Assembly (NCBI GenBank): GCA_035251935.1
Contig: DATFDR010000011.1
Coordinates: forward strand, 21,103-85,102
Origin: Rhizomicrobium sp.
GTDB lineage: Bacteria; Pseudomonadota; Alphaproteobacteria; Micropepsales; Micropepsaceae
DNA: 64,000 bases
Reading direction: 5' to 3'
The position numbers and the translations under genes are program-made. Below, one piece after another: positions 19,751 to 32,169 of the stretch. Below the pieces are notes generated by a model. That model was not told where the DNA came from. It did not search any database and saw nothing but the letters and a program-made list of their open reading frames with translations. Within the stretch, counting starts at the first letter, position 1. Every line of letters begins with the position of its first letter.

Positions 19751-21556
19751 TCAGGTCAAACGGTACTTGCGTTCGGCATACCAATAAAGCGGCTGCCAAA
19801 AGAGGCGGTTTATCACCACCACAAAAAAGGCCATGACCGCGATCCCCAGCACGACATGATGGAAATCGCCCCTTTGGGTGGCGTCCGAAATATAGGCGCC
19901 CAGGCCATGGGCCCTCAGCGTGGTATTGCCCCAATTGGCGACCTCCGCCAGCACACTGGCGTTCCAGGCGCCGCCCGAAGCGGTGATCGCGCCGGTCAAA
20001 TAGTGCGGAAACACGGCCGGAAGGGCGATCTTTTTCCACCACAACCAGCCTTTGACGCCGAAATTGTCGCCGGCATCCATCAACTCGCGCGGGATGGTGC
20101 TGGCGCCGCCGATCACATTGAACAGGATGTACCATTGGGTGCCCAAAACCAGCAGCGGCGACAGCCAAATGTCGGGATTGAGCTGCCACAAGACGATCAG
20201 CGATACCGCCAAGGGAAACAGCAGATTGTTGGGAAAAGCCGCCAGGAACTGCGCCACCGGCTGCACGATTCGGGTCAGGCGCGGACGCAAGCCCACATAG
20301 ACGCCGATGGGCGTCCAGATCGCGCTGGCGATGGCGATCAAGACCACAACCCGCAGCATGGTGAGAAAACCCAACCCGATGGCGGTCAAAAGATCGCCCC
20401 AAGTCAGATTGGCGTAGGCAAAGGCATAGATGCGCAAAGCGGCATAAAAGCCCAACGCCGCCAAGATCACATACCAAAGGATGTTCGCCAGCCGGTCGTC
20501 ATGATCGCGCAACGCCGCCCGCATCCCAAAGGAGGGCGGCTGGAAATGATAGCTCCAGCGCATCATGTGGTCGAAGGGCGCGGTCATCCAATCGATCAGC
20601 CGCGAACGGCGCAGCATGGTGAGCATCCAGCTCTGCGGTGGATCCTCCAGCTGCTCTTCGCTGACCCGGAAGCGGTCCGCCCAGGCCACCAGCGGGCGGA
20701 ACAATAGTTGATCATAGATCAGGATCACCACCAGCATGGCGAAGATCGCATAGAAGATCGCGGTGAGGTCCTTTTGGGCGATGGCGACCGCGATATAGGA
20801 GCCGATACCCGGCAGCGCTATGGTGGTCTTGCCCACGCTGATGGCCTCGGAGACGGTGACGAAGAACCAACCGCCCGACATGGAGACCATCATGTTCCAG
20901 ATCAGCGGCGGGGTGGCGAAGGGCGCTTCGATGCGCCAGAAGCGCGCCCAGGCCGACAGGCCGAACATGCGCCCTGCTTCGGTCAGGTCTTCAGGCACGG
21001 TGCGCAGCGACTGATAGAAGCTGAAGGCCATGTTCCAGGCCTGGCTGGTGAAGATGGCAAAGACGCAGGCCAACTCCGCCCCGAACACCCGCCCCGGCGA
21101 CAGGGACAGGAACCAGACCACCGTCACCGACAAAAAGCCCAGGATCGGGACCGACTGGAGGATATCGAGCAAGGGCACCAACAGCAGGCCGGCGCGCGGA
21201 TTCTTGGCCGCCCAGGTGGCATAACTGAGGGTAAAGACCAAGGACACGCCCATAGCCAGCAGCATGCGAAGCCCGGTGCGCAGTGCGTAACCGGGCAATA
21301 GCGCCGGATCCAGGCTGAGACTGTTGCCGCTGACCGTGGATAGCGGTTGAATCAGCAAGCGGCTGGCATCGGCGAAGGCGACGATGAAGCCCAGCACCAA
21401 CGCCGCCGCCAGCAGATCCCAACGGCTGGGCAGCAGGCGGCGTGCTTCGATCGAGACGGGCGGCAGGATCCTCATGTCCGGCGGGGCCTCGAAGAGGTCA
21501 AGGGTGGATTGCGATTGTTCGCCCGCCCGGATAGGCGGGTTCGCGCGCCCTGGCAA
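19751..21556 (-). CDS. ABC transporter permease, duplicated (fused two-domain) NitT/TauT-type
   Basis: 601 aa, highly hydrophobic, with two repeated permease halves. Directly upstream of the ATPase on the same strand. The start codon is uncertain (alternative MRILPP.. at 21475). Confidence 0.8.
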   Translation of the reverse strand: MPGRANPPIRAGEQSQSTLDLFEAPPDMRILPPVSIEARRLLPSRWDLLAAALVLGFIVAFADASRLLIQPLSTVSGNSLSLDPALLPGYALRTGLRMLLAMGVSLVFTLSYATWAAKNPRAGLLLVPLLDILQSVPILGFLSVTVVWFLSLSPGRVFGAELACVFAIFTSQAWNMAFSFYQSLRTVPEDLTEAGRMFGLSAWARFWRIEAPFATPPLIWNMMVSMSGGWFFVTVSEAISVGKTTIALPGIGSYIAVAIAQKDLTAIFYAIFAMLVVILIYDQLLFRPLVAWADRFRVSEEQLEDPPQSWMLTMLRRSRLIDWMTAPFDHMMRWSYHFQPPSFGMRAALRDHDDRLANILWYVILAALGFYAALRIYAFAYANLTWGDLLTAIGLGFLTMLRVVVLIAIASAIWTPIGVYVGLRPRLTRIVQPVAQFLAAFPNNLLFPLAVSLIVLWQLNPDIWLSPLLVLGTQWYILFNVIGGASTIPRELMDAGDNFGVKGWLWWKKIALPAVFPHYLTGAITASGGAWNASVLAEVANWGNTTLRAHGLGAYISDATQRGDFHHVVLGIAVMAFFVVVINRLFWQPLYWYAERKYRLT

Positions 21557-21859
21557 CCCACTTTGCCGGTCACAAAGATGGGCACAAAGGGACTGCGGCC
21601 GGACGGACTTGCTGCCAAAATCCGCAAGCGGCGAAAACCATTTTTCAGATGCTTCCAGCCCCGGAACGGCAACACTTTGTTTACACTGTTAATTCAGGGT
21701 TGTGCCAAAGCGGAAGTTTTTTCAGCCATACCCCTGTCGCTATTGCGCCACAGGGCAAAATCGGCGTAAAACCGGGGCCAATGCTGAAAAAAAACGGTGA
21801 TTTATCCGTTGGTTACAGCGTTAAGGCACCGCATCTACGGGCGGAACGGCGATAGGTCA

Positions 21860-22020
21860 ATGACGGAAGGCGTGCATATCGAAATCGAATGGGGCGGATT
21901 TTCCGCGGCCGGTTTCGCGCGCGCCAACATTCAACCCCGTCCTTCCCTCGGTTCTTCGCGCGCACTTCTTCTTCTTAGCCGCCCCTAGGCGCTGACGATG
22001 CGCGAATGGTTCGCGCGTCG
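21860..22020 (+). promoter_or_regulatory. Candidate leucine leader peptide with a 4x CTT run, plus an attenuator hairpin, upstream of leuA
   Basis: The ORF ending ..SRALLLLSRP-stop (stop at 21986-21988) has four consecutive identical CTT codons at 21965-21976. An 11-bp stem at 21996-22020 is followed by ggtgttta. The leuA ATG is at 22090. Confidence 0.4.
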
Positions 22021-22089
22021 GGTGTTTAGGGGATCAACGCAACGGGAGAATGGAAGTCGCAGCATGCGACGAACAGAAGGATATTTGTC

Positions 22090-24801
<2,712 letters not shown>

Positions 24802-24831
24802 GATATGCGGGAATAGGGGCCGCGTCGCATA

Positions 24832-25899
24832 ATGGCCAACGCCTGGAAGATCGCTCGCAAAAGCAATATCCAGCTGCCGCTGGTCATCGTTATTGCGCTG
24901 GCGGTCGTCTTGGTGCTGTTGGGCAGGGCGCAAGGTACGCTGTTCGATAGGGCTCGCACCCATGCCACCGATCTGATGGCGCCGGTTCTGGAAACGGTGC
25001 GGACGCCGGTGGCGGGCTTCGACCGCTGGATCGGCTCTATTGGCGAAATCTTCTCGGTCTATCAGCAGAATTTGAAACTGAAGGAAGAGAATGCGCGCCT
25101 CAAGCAATGGCGCAATGTCGCCATCGTGCTGCAGGGGCGGGTGTCGCGCTATCAAACCTTGCTGCATGCGGTGCCCGATCCACAGATGAACCGCGTTTTG
25201 TCGCGCGTCATCGGGCGGGCCAGCCGTCCCTTCCTGCAGACCATGGTTCTGGATGCCGGGCGCGACAACCGTGTCTCTCCGGGCCAGGCGGTGATGGATG
25301 CTCGCGGCATGATCGGGCGCGTCTATATCACTGGCCGCCGCACCAGTTGGGTGATCCTGCTGACCGACTTGAACAGCCGCATTCCCGTCACTATCACCTC
25401 ATCTTCGGGCAAGACGGGCCATGTGCAGGCCATCATGACCGGCGATAACACCGCCATGCCGGCCCTGGCGATGGTGTCGCGCACCGTGACGCTGCAGGCC
25501 GGCGATCAAGTGACCAGCTCCGGCGATGGCGGCTTGCTGCCCGCCGGCCTTCCCATCGGCACGGTGATGGCGGATGGCGGAGGCAAATGGCGGGTGGCGT
25601 TGCTGGCCGATGCCGCCGCCAGCCAGGACGTGGAAATTCTGAATTTCTCTCGGTTGCCGGAAGCCTTGCCCACCACCGCGGAATTGCCGGCGGAGGCCGC
25701 CGGGCTCAAACCGCATGTGCCGCCGTCTCCCGCGCCGCAGCCTAGTCCACTGGCTGCGCCACATGCCGCGCAACAGGCTGCCCCCGTTTCCGCCGCGCCT
25801 GCCGCAGCGGCGCAAACGCCCAAACCGGTGATCCTGGCGTCGCCGCAGCGTGGCACAGCGGCCGTGGGCGCCGCGCCCGAACAAGATGCGGACCGCTAG
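24832..25899 (+). CDS. mreC: Rod-shape-determining protein MreC (with a Pro/Ala-rich C-terminal tail)
   Basis: Position after mreB, N-terminal TM segment, coiled coil ..NLKLKEENARLKQW.., beta-rich core. Confidence 0.85.
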   Translation: MANAWKIARKSNIQLPLVIVIALAVVLVLLGRAQGTLFDRARTHATDLMAPVLETVRTPVAGFDRWIGSIGEIFSVYQQNLKLKEENARLKQWRNVAIVLQGRVSRYQTLLHAVPDPQMNRVLSRVIGRASRPFLQTMVLDAGRDNRVSPGQAVMDARGMIGRVYITGRRTSWVILLTDLNSRIPVTITSSSGKTGHVQAIMTGDNTAMPALAMVSRTVTLQAGDQVTSSGDGGLLPAGLPIGTVMADGGGKWRVALLADAAASQDVEILNFSRLPEALPTTAELPAEAAGLKPHVPPSPAPQPSPLAAPHAAQQAAPVSAAPAAAAQTPKPVILASPQRGTAAVGAAPEQDADR

Positions 25900-25901
25900 C
25901 C

Positions 25902-26450
25902 ATGGCCAAGCTTGAACGCGCCGGTCACATTCCCCGCTTCCGCTTTCTGGTCGCGCTCGTTCCCTTACTCTGTGGATTGCTCTGTGTGTTGATCACGGGC
26001 ATTCCGGTTTCGCTGTTAGGCGGCTTGGTGCCGCCGCCGCTCCTGGCCTTGGTGCCGGTTTATTTCTGGTGCCTGGTGCGGCCCGATTTGATGACGCCCT
26101 CGGTCGCTTTCACCATCGGATTTGCCGAAGATATTTTGTCCGGCGGACCGCCCGGAATCTGGACGTTGGCTTTTGTGCTGGCCTATGCCTTGGTGGCGCG
26201 CCAGCGTGACAGCTTTGCGAGCCTTTCGGGCCTGGCCGCCGTATTGGGCTTTGCCGCGGCGTCCGTCTTTGCCTGCGCGGTGGCTTATGGCACCGTGGCG
26301 GCGTTGAATTTTCTCTCCGGCACCAGCCTGCCCCCCTTGACCCCTTTGATCGGGGAACTGGCGATGACGGTGTTATTCTATGCCCCCACCACCCTGGCGG
26401 TGAGCTGGTTGCACCACAATCTGGTCGGCGCGGCGCGAGGCGATGTCTGA
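25902..26450 (+). CDS. mreD: Rod-shape-determining protein MreD
   Basis: 182-aa polytopic membrane protein between mreC and mrdA. Confidence 0.8.
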   Translation: MAKLERAGHIPRFRFLVALVPLLCGLLCVLITGIPVSLLGGLVPPPLLALVPVYFWCLVRPDLMTPSVAFTIGFAEDILSGGPPGIWTLAFVLAYALVARQRDSFASLSGLAAVLGFAAASVFACAVAYGTVAALNFLSGTSLPPLTPLIGELAMTVLFYAPTTLAVSWLHHNLVGAARGDV

Positions 26451-28381
26451 TGCCGCTGTTCGATAAGAAGGACAAAAGCCGTTACGCCACCTTCACCCGC
26501 CGCTCCGTGGGCATGGGCGCAGGGATGACGGCGGTGTTCGCGGTGCTGGCCGGACGGCTCTATCAACTTCAGATTCGCGATGGCGATCAGTATTTGCTGG
26601 AAGCCGAGGACAATCGCGTTTCCGAACGGCTGATCGTGCCCCCGCGCGGCCGCATCATGGACCGCTATGGCGCGGAATTGGCCAATAGCCGGCGCAATTA
26701 CCGGGTGCTTCTGGTCCGCGAGCAGGCCCCCGATGGCGTGGAAAAGGCGCTGGACGCCATCGGCAAGGTGATTTTGCTGACAGACCAGCAACGAAAGAAA
26801 GTATTGCACGATCTTGCCATCAACAAGAAGTTCGTGCCGGTGCCGGTGGCGGAAAATATCAGCTGGGAGGAATTTTCCCGCGTCAATCTGCACCTGCCTT
26901 ATCTGCCCGGGGTGCAATGCGATGTCGGCGAGGCGCGCGACTATCCCTTCGGAAAAGAACTGGCGCATGTGTTGGGCTATGTCGCTTCGGTGTCGCCAAA
27001 GGATCTGGAGCATGACCAAGATCCATTGATGAATCTGCCGGGCATGCGGATCGGCAAGCGCGGCGTCGAAAAGCAATTTGAAAAAGAAATCCGGGGCAGG
27101 GCGGGCGCCTCCCGCGTCGAGGTTAATGCCTATGGCCGCGTCATCCGCGAGCTGGGCCAGGATCCCGGCAAAGCGGGAGAAGATGTTTATCTCACCTTGG
27201 ACCGTGAGGTGCAGGGGCTGGCGGATAAGGCGCTGGAAGGCCAAAGCGCGGCCTTGGTGGTGATGGATGTCAACAATGGCGATGTCCTTGCGATGTCCTC
27301 GACCCCTGGCTTTGATCCCAATCTGTTCAATGTCGGCCTTACGGGCGCGCAATGGCGCGATCTCACCACCAACGATCACAAGCCCTTGCTCAACAAGTTC
27401 ATGGGCGGCACCTATCCGCCGGGCTCCACCTTCAAGACCGCGGTGGCGCTGGCGGCGATCGAGGCGGGCATCGCAACCCCGGATTATCATGTCAGCTGTT
27501 CCGGCGTGTACAATTTCGGCGGTCATGCCTTCCATTGCTGGCGGCGCCAAGGCCACGGTACGGTGGATGTGGTGGCCGCCATCCAGCGCAGTTGTGACGT
27601 CTTCTTTTATGAAACCTCGCGGCGTCTCGGCATCGACCGAATCGAGGAAGCGGCGCGCAAACTGGGCCTGGGCGCGCCAACGGGAATCGAACTGCCTGGC
27701 GAACGCAGCGGTCTGGTCCCCAGCCGCGCCTGGAAGCAGAAGACCTACAAGTCCGCCTGGCAGCAGGGCGACACGCTGAGCGTGGGAATCGGACAGGGCT
27801 ATATCACCGTCACGCCCCTGCAGCTGTGCCAGCAGGCGGCGCGCATCGCCAGCGGCAAGGCGGTTTCCCCGCGATTGGTGCATTCGGTGGGTGGGCGCGT
27901 GATGCCCAGGGCCGAATTCGCCAAGCTGGATTTTTCCGATTCCGCCCTGGAAATCGTGCGGCTGGGCATGAACAAGACGGTCAATGAGCCGGGCGGCACG
28001 GCCTATCCAGAGCGTATTCCCGTTCCAGGCTTGGAAATGGCGGGCAAGACCGGCACGGCGCAGGTGCGCGTCTATACACGCGAAGAACGCCTGCGCGGCC
28101 TTTCCAAGAATGCCAGCCTGGACTGGAAGCTTCGCGATCACGGCCTGTTCATCGGCTATGGGCCAGTGATCGATCCCAAATATGCCATTGTCTGTGTGGT
28201 GGAGCATGGGTCCGATGGCCATCCCCAGGTGAAGGCGGCGCGCGATGCGATGCGGCTGGCGTTGGAACGCGACTTGCTCAAACTGCCCACCGCCTATCCC
28301 GTCAGCAATTCCGCCAGCGCGGCAGGTCCCGGCAAGCAGGCGGACATCCATGCACCTAGCAGCGCAAAGACGGGGGGCTGA
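26450..28381 (+). CDS. mrdA: Penicillin-binding protein 2 (elongasome transpeptidase)
   Basis: ..RGRIMDRYG.., active site PGSTFK, SCD (SxN-like) and KTGTAQ motifs. Confidence 0.9.
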   Translation: MPLFDKKDKSRYATFTRRSVGMGAGMTAVFAVLAGRLYQLQIRDGDQYLLEAEDNRVSERLIVPPRGRIMDRYGAELANSRRNYRVLLVREQAPDGVEKALDAIGKVILLTDQQRKKVLHDLAINKKFVPVPVAENISWEEFSRVNLHLPYLPGVQCDVGEARDYPFGKELAHVLGYVASVSPKDLEHDQDPLMNLPGMRIGKRGVEKQFEKEIRGRAGASRVEVNAYGRVIRELGQDPGKAGEDVYLTLDREVQGLADKALEGQSAALVVMDVNNGDVLAMSSTPGFDPNLFNVGLTGAQWRDLTTNDHKPLLNKFMGGTYPPGSTFKTAVALAAIEAGIATPDYHVSCSGVYNFGGHAFHCWRRQGHGTVDVVAAIQRSCDVFFYETSRRLGIDRIEEAARKLGLGAPTGIELPGERSGLVPSRAWKQKTYKSAWQQGDTLSVGIGQGYITVTPLQLCQQAARIASGKAVSPRLVHSVGGRVMPRAEFAKLDFSDSALEIVRLGMNKTVNEPGGTAYPERIPVPGLEMAGKTGTAQVRVYTREERLRGLSKNASLDWKLRDHGLFIGYGPVIDPKYAIVCVVEHGSDGHPQVKAARDAMRLALERDLLKLPTAYPVSNSASAAGPGKQADIHAPSSAKTGG

Positions 28382-29535
28382 TGGCGCTTCGCCCTTATGC
28401 CGCCGCCAAACGCACCTTGTCGCTCACCGACAAGCTGATGGAAGTGAATTGGGGCTTGGTGATGATCATCTGCATGATCGCCATCGCCGGCATCGCCATG
28501 CTCTATTCGGTGGCTGGGGCGAATTTCCATCCCTGGGCGCTCAGGCAGATCGCAAATTTCACCTTGGGCCTCTTGGTGATGCTGGCCGCCGCGGTGATTG
28601 ATATCCGGGTGTGGATGAGCCTGGCCTATCCCGCCTATGCGGTCGCGCTGCTGCTGTTGGTGGTGGTGGAATTGGTGGGCCGTGTGGGTCTGGGGGCGCA
28701 GCGCTGGATCTCGCTGGGGCCGGTCGATCTGCAGCCTTCCGAATTGATGAAGATCGCCTTGGTGCTGGCGCTGGCACGTTTTCTCCACGGCAAGAGCGTG
28801 GAGGAAGTGTCCAAGCCGATCCCGCTGGCCATCGGCCTGGCCATGATCGGCATTCCCGCCTTGTTTGTGGTGCTGCAGCCCAATCTGGGCACCACGCTGA
28901 TTATTGTCGCGGACGGCTGTTCGCTGTTGTTCTTGGCGGGACTGTCCTGGTGGTGGATCGGCCCCACTTTTGCCGCGATGGTGGCGGCGGTGCCCTTGGC
29001 GTGGCGCTTTGTGCTGCATGACTATCAAAAGGCGCGGGTGGAGACCTTCCTGGATCCCGGCTCCGATGCCCTGGGCAAGGGTTGGAACATCACCCAGGCC
29101 AAGATCGCCATCGGTTCGGGCGGGGTGGCGGGCAAGGGTTTCACCGAAGGCACCCAGAGCCGGCTGAATTTCCTTCCCGAAAAACAAACCGACTTCATCT
29201 GGACCAGCTTTTGCGAGGAATTTGGTTTTGTCGGCGCGCTGGCGCTGCTGGTGCTGTTCGGCGTGGTGATTTTCTATGGCGTGCAAACGGCGATGAGCGC
29301 CCGCAGCCAGTTCAGCCGGCTGCTGGCGATGGGGGTGATCCTGAACTTTTTCTTCTACATCATGATCAACGGTCTGATGGTGATGGGCCTGATTCCGGTG
29401 GTGGGCATCCCCATGCCGCTGCTCTCTTATGGCGGCTCGGCCATGCTGACGGTGATGCTGGGATTTGGCCTTCTGATGAGCGTGCATATCCACCGCCAGG
29501 TGGAGATTCCCCGCCATTCGGGCGGCATTCTCTAA
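28381..29535 (+). CDS. rodA: SEDS peptidoglycan polymerase RodA
   Basis: ..GAQRWISLGPVDLQPSELMKIALVL.., ..PEKQTDFIWTSFCEEFGF.., PLLSYGGSAML. Confidence 0.9.
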   Translation: MALRPYAAAKRTLSLTDKLMEVNWGLVMIICMIAIAGIAMLYSVAGANFHPWALRQIANFTLGLLVMLAAAVIDIRVWMSLAYPAYAVALLLLVVVELVGRVGLGAQRWISLGPVDLQPSELMKIALVLALARFLHGKSVEEVSKPIPLAIGLAMIGIPALFVVLQPNLGTTLIIVADGCSLLFLAGLSWWWIGPTFAAMVAAVPLAWRFVLHDYQKARVETFLDPGSDALGKGWNITQAKIAIGSGGVAGKGFTEGTQSRLNFLPEKQTDFIWTSFCEEFGFVGALALLVLFGVVIFYGVQTAMSARSQFSRLLAMGVILNFFFYIMINGLMVMGLIPVVGIPMPLLSYGGSAMLTVMLGFGLLMSVHIHRQVEIPRHSGGIL

Positions 29536-29559
29536 TTACCCCCATCCGTCGCAGCTTGG

Positions 29560-29800
29560 GGTGAGGAGCGGTCCGCCGCGTGGTAGCGTGGCGGATGAGC
29601 AGGTCCAGTGGACCTGCGAGAGCGACGAACGGTCCATAGCGCCAGCGTATGGACGCGGCGCGCATCCAGGCGCGCCGCGAGGCCGGGACGGCGACGTCGT
29701 ACCGGCCGCTCGCCCAAGCTCGCGGCGTTCGTCGCTCGAAATGGTCCACAGGACCATTTCGCTTGCTTCGCAAACCGCTCCGCACCCCTCGGTTTTCATT
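29560..29800. repeat. Compound repeat region (same family as 2821-2919) with internal inverted copies and hairpins
   Basis: 29560-29635 matches the reverse complement of 2821-2919. gcaggtccagtggacctgc and the perfect palindrome gaaatggtcc-aca-ggaccatttc (29730-29752) are present, and ..gcgttcgtcgct.. recurs in inverted orientation. Confidence 0.7.
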
Positions 29801-29905
29801 GGGAAATTCGCCCACAGGCGGCTGCGGATCGTTTGTGGACAGGGGGGGTGCCCTCTGCTATGAGGCCGCTCCCCGACCGGATTTTCGGATCTGGGCGGGC
29901 CGCGT

Positions 29906-29981
<76 letters not shown>

Positions 29982-30131
29982 AATTTTCCAACGGGTTGGC
30001 TGGAATACTGGCTCTCAGAATCGTTCTGGGTAGCAAACGGATAGCCGTTGAAGTTGCGCCGGCCTCTTTAAAAGTCTGGGTAGTGACAATGCATTGGCGC
30101 GTACAAGCTTTCGCCCATGCCGTCACACGGC

Positions 30132-31799
30132 TCAGGTACGGCCGCAAACGCCCGGTGGGGTCACAGCGCCGCTGGGCGCTTGGTAGGGGTAGGGTTGAGG
30201 GGCGATCACACGGGCCGCCATGGCGGAGCCGGCGCGGCGAGCCATCATCCAATCGCCAAGCCGGCGCGCCTCGCCTTCGGAAAAGGTGAAGCGGATTTGG
30301 CCACTAGGCTGCAGCAGCCCCACCGCCAAGCCATAGGCGCCGCTGCCGTTTTGGATGGTGCGCGGTGGGCGAACCACGCCGCGTACGGCCGCCTCCCGAT
30401 AGACCAGCCCCGCGCCGTCGAGCCAGTGCCTGTCCCGGTCGGCTGCAGCCGCAGCCGCTTGGTGGCTGGTCTCGTCGCCATAGCGGAATCGGTAGCTTTG
30501 CACGATCGCCCAGTGGCGCCATTCCCGGATCGGCCGGATCACGCTGGCACTCCATTGCAGCCGCGCATCGCCTGCCTGCTCCGTGCGAGACGGCTGATCG
30601 CGCAGGGCGGCATATAAGAGATCGAAGCGGTGGGGCGAGCCGCGCGAGCCGTCGGTCAGGCGGGGAGTCAGGGTGACGCTCACCCGGTCGCAGCCGGCTT
30701 CGGCTCCATGAAAGTTTAGGGTCTGTAGGGCAAACAAGTAGTTGAACGCCACCGTCGGATCGTTGGGAACCGGGCGCTCCCGGGGCGAAAGCCCATCTTC
30801 CTCGACAGGCGTTCCGTTCACGGTCAAGCCAACCTCGACGGCGCGGATTTCCGGCCGCCGCAGAAAATCCGTCCGCAGCTTGAAGTAGCTCCAGCCCACG
30901 CCGTCGGGAACGCGGGCGGCGAGGGTATCGAGGGAGGGAGTCACCCAACGGCGAACGGATGTTTCCTGCGCCCATGCCGGGGAGATGGGGGAGATATCCT
31001 GCCACAAGCTGGCCGACTTGACGCACGGGCGCAGCCAGCCGGTGGAGCGCGACGTGCCCTTGCATGCGCCGCCCTCCACGCAGTCGAAATAGTCGTGCTC
31101 GACTTTTTGGCGTGGCAAGGGTGTCGGCCGGTCAAGACAAATTTGCGCCCTGGGGGTCTGGTCCGCCGTCAGCCGGCTATTGAGTGGCGTGGCGGTGATG
31201 GTGCCCTCCACCCGGCCGCTCGGGTATGGATGATACACATGTTCGAACCACGGGCTGCCATCGGCTTCTGACTGCGGCGCCAAATTCCTGTTTATAACGA
31301 CCGCACCTTCGCGGAGGTTGAGACGAACATTCTCGCTATAGCGCTTGGGATCCAAACTCGCTTGGCGGCGATACGTGAAGTGCAGGTCGACGACACTCGG
31401 CACCCCGGCCGCGGCAGCTATAGGCTGCTGCAGCTGTTGGGCCAAGTTTAAGAGGTCTTGTTCGATCAGCGGCGTGCGGCGCTGCAGGCAATCGCGAATA
31501 TGCGCGTCCATCGTCGGGCGGATCGCCGCCGGTGCGTCGATTGCGCCCCGGATGACGCGCTTGCGATCGTTGAGGCTAAGACTGCCGGTCAGGCTTTTGA
31601 TCAATCCGGCGATGTTCAGCGAGATTGCGCTTTGCCGGCTCTCATCGGTGCTGGCCAGGCATTGCGCATAGGCCAAATCGTTGACCTTGGTCTTGATCTT
31701 GACTGCGAGATCAAGGGACTGCTGGGTGGTGAGGTTTTGCGCCTGCGCCGCGGGGGCCAGCAGCAAGACCAGAAGGGCGCTTGCGCTTGGCCGTTTCAT
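30132..31799 (-). CDS. Secreted hypothetical protein (~555 aa), no recognisable family
   Basis: Signal peptide MKRPSASALLVLLLAPAAQAQ (ATG at 31799, TGATG overlap with the upstream stop). Several Cys pairs. The N-terminal ~100 aa share the motifs A.CLA.TD..R and IR.C with the upstream small protein. Confidence 0.6.
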   Translation of the reverse strand: MKRPSASALLVLLLAPAAQAQNLTTQQSLDLAVKIKTKVNDLAYAQCLASTDESRQSAISLNIAGLIKSLTGSLSLNDRKRVIRGAIDAPAAIRPTMDAHIRDCLQRRTPLIEQDLLNLAQQLQQPIAAAAGVPSVVDLHFTYRRQASLDPKRYSENVRLNLREGAVVINRNLAPQSEADGSPWFEHVYHPYPSGRVEGTITATPLNSRLTADQTPRAQICLDRPTPLPRQKVEHDYFDCVEGGACKGTSRSTGWLRPCVKSASLWQDISPISPAWAQETSVRRWVTPSLDTLAARVPDGVGWSYFKLRTDFLRRPEIRAVEVGLTVNGTPVEEDGLSPRERPVPNDPTVAFNYLFALQTLNFHGAEAGCDRVSVTLTPRLTDGSRGSPHRFDLLYAALRDQPSRTEQAGDARLQWSASVIRPIREWRHWAIVQSYRFRYGDETSHQAAAAAADRDRHWLDGAGLVYREAAVRGVVRPPRTIQNGSGAYGLAVGLLQPSGQIRFTFSEGEARRLGDWMMARRAGSAMAARVIAPQPYPYQAPSGAVTPPGVCGRT

Positions 31800-32158
31800 C
31801 ACGGGCTCCAATGCTCTTTGGCATATTTCTCCATGCAGGCTCGGATTTTGTCGTTCTCGTCGACGACCTGGTTCTGTGGCACCCGCTCGCCCGCGCCGCG
31901 CTTATTGACCGCATGCGAGGCGACTTCGGCAGCGACCCCAACCCCCGAGGCCGGATGTTCGCCACTGGCGCTAACCTTGCCGCCGCGCGTCTGGTCGGTG
32001 TTGGCAAGGCAATAGGCCTCGGCCTGACGGGTGCGCTGTTCCAACACATTCTCGGCGGATGTGCCGCTACCCGAAGGACCGGTTTGCCACCAAACGAAAC
32101 CTGCCACAAGAATCGCCGCGGCGACCAGGCTCGCGAGTATCACCATCCACTTGTTCAC
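31799..32158 (-). CDS. Small membrane-anchored hypothetical protein (119 aa)
   Basis: N-terminal TM WMVILASLVAAAILVAGFVWW, and motifs AYCLANTDQTR and IRACMEKY. 11 nt downstream of the DUF218 gene stop. Confidence 0.5.
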   Translation of the reverse strand: MNKWMVILASLVAAAILVAGFVWWQTGPSGSGTSAENVLEQRTRQAEAYCLANTDQTRGGKVSASGEHPASGVGVAAEVASHAVNKRGAGERVPQNQVVDENDKIRACMEKYAKEHWSP

Positions 32159-32169
32159 GCGCCCCCTCC

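Noticed and set aside
26378-28351. 657-aa ORF on the minus strand, among the longest in the track
   Set aside because: It lies exactly antisense to mrdA (PBP2), which has unmistakable SxxK/KTG motifs. Its translation is Arg/Gly/Ala/His-rich with no recognisable motif, the typical shadow ORF of a high-GC genome. The same reasoning applies to 3086..4237, 7293..8564, 13962..15260, 15435..16778, 18408..19487, 22462..23454, 23704..24672 and 28294..29517.
29982-32000. Integrase or att repeat expected next to tRNA-Lys if the 30-44 kb block were a classical genomic island
   Set aside because: No tyrosine or serine recombinase-like ORF lies anywhere in 30-45 kb. By eye I found no copy of the tRNA 3-prime end (..ttcgatccctacatcaccca) downstream. 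A computational search is still advisable.
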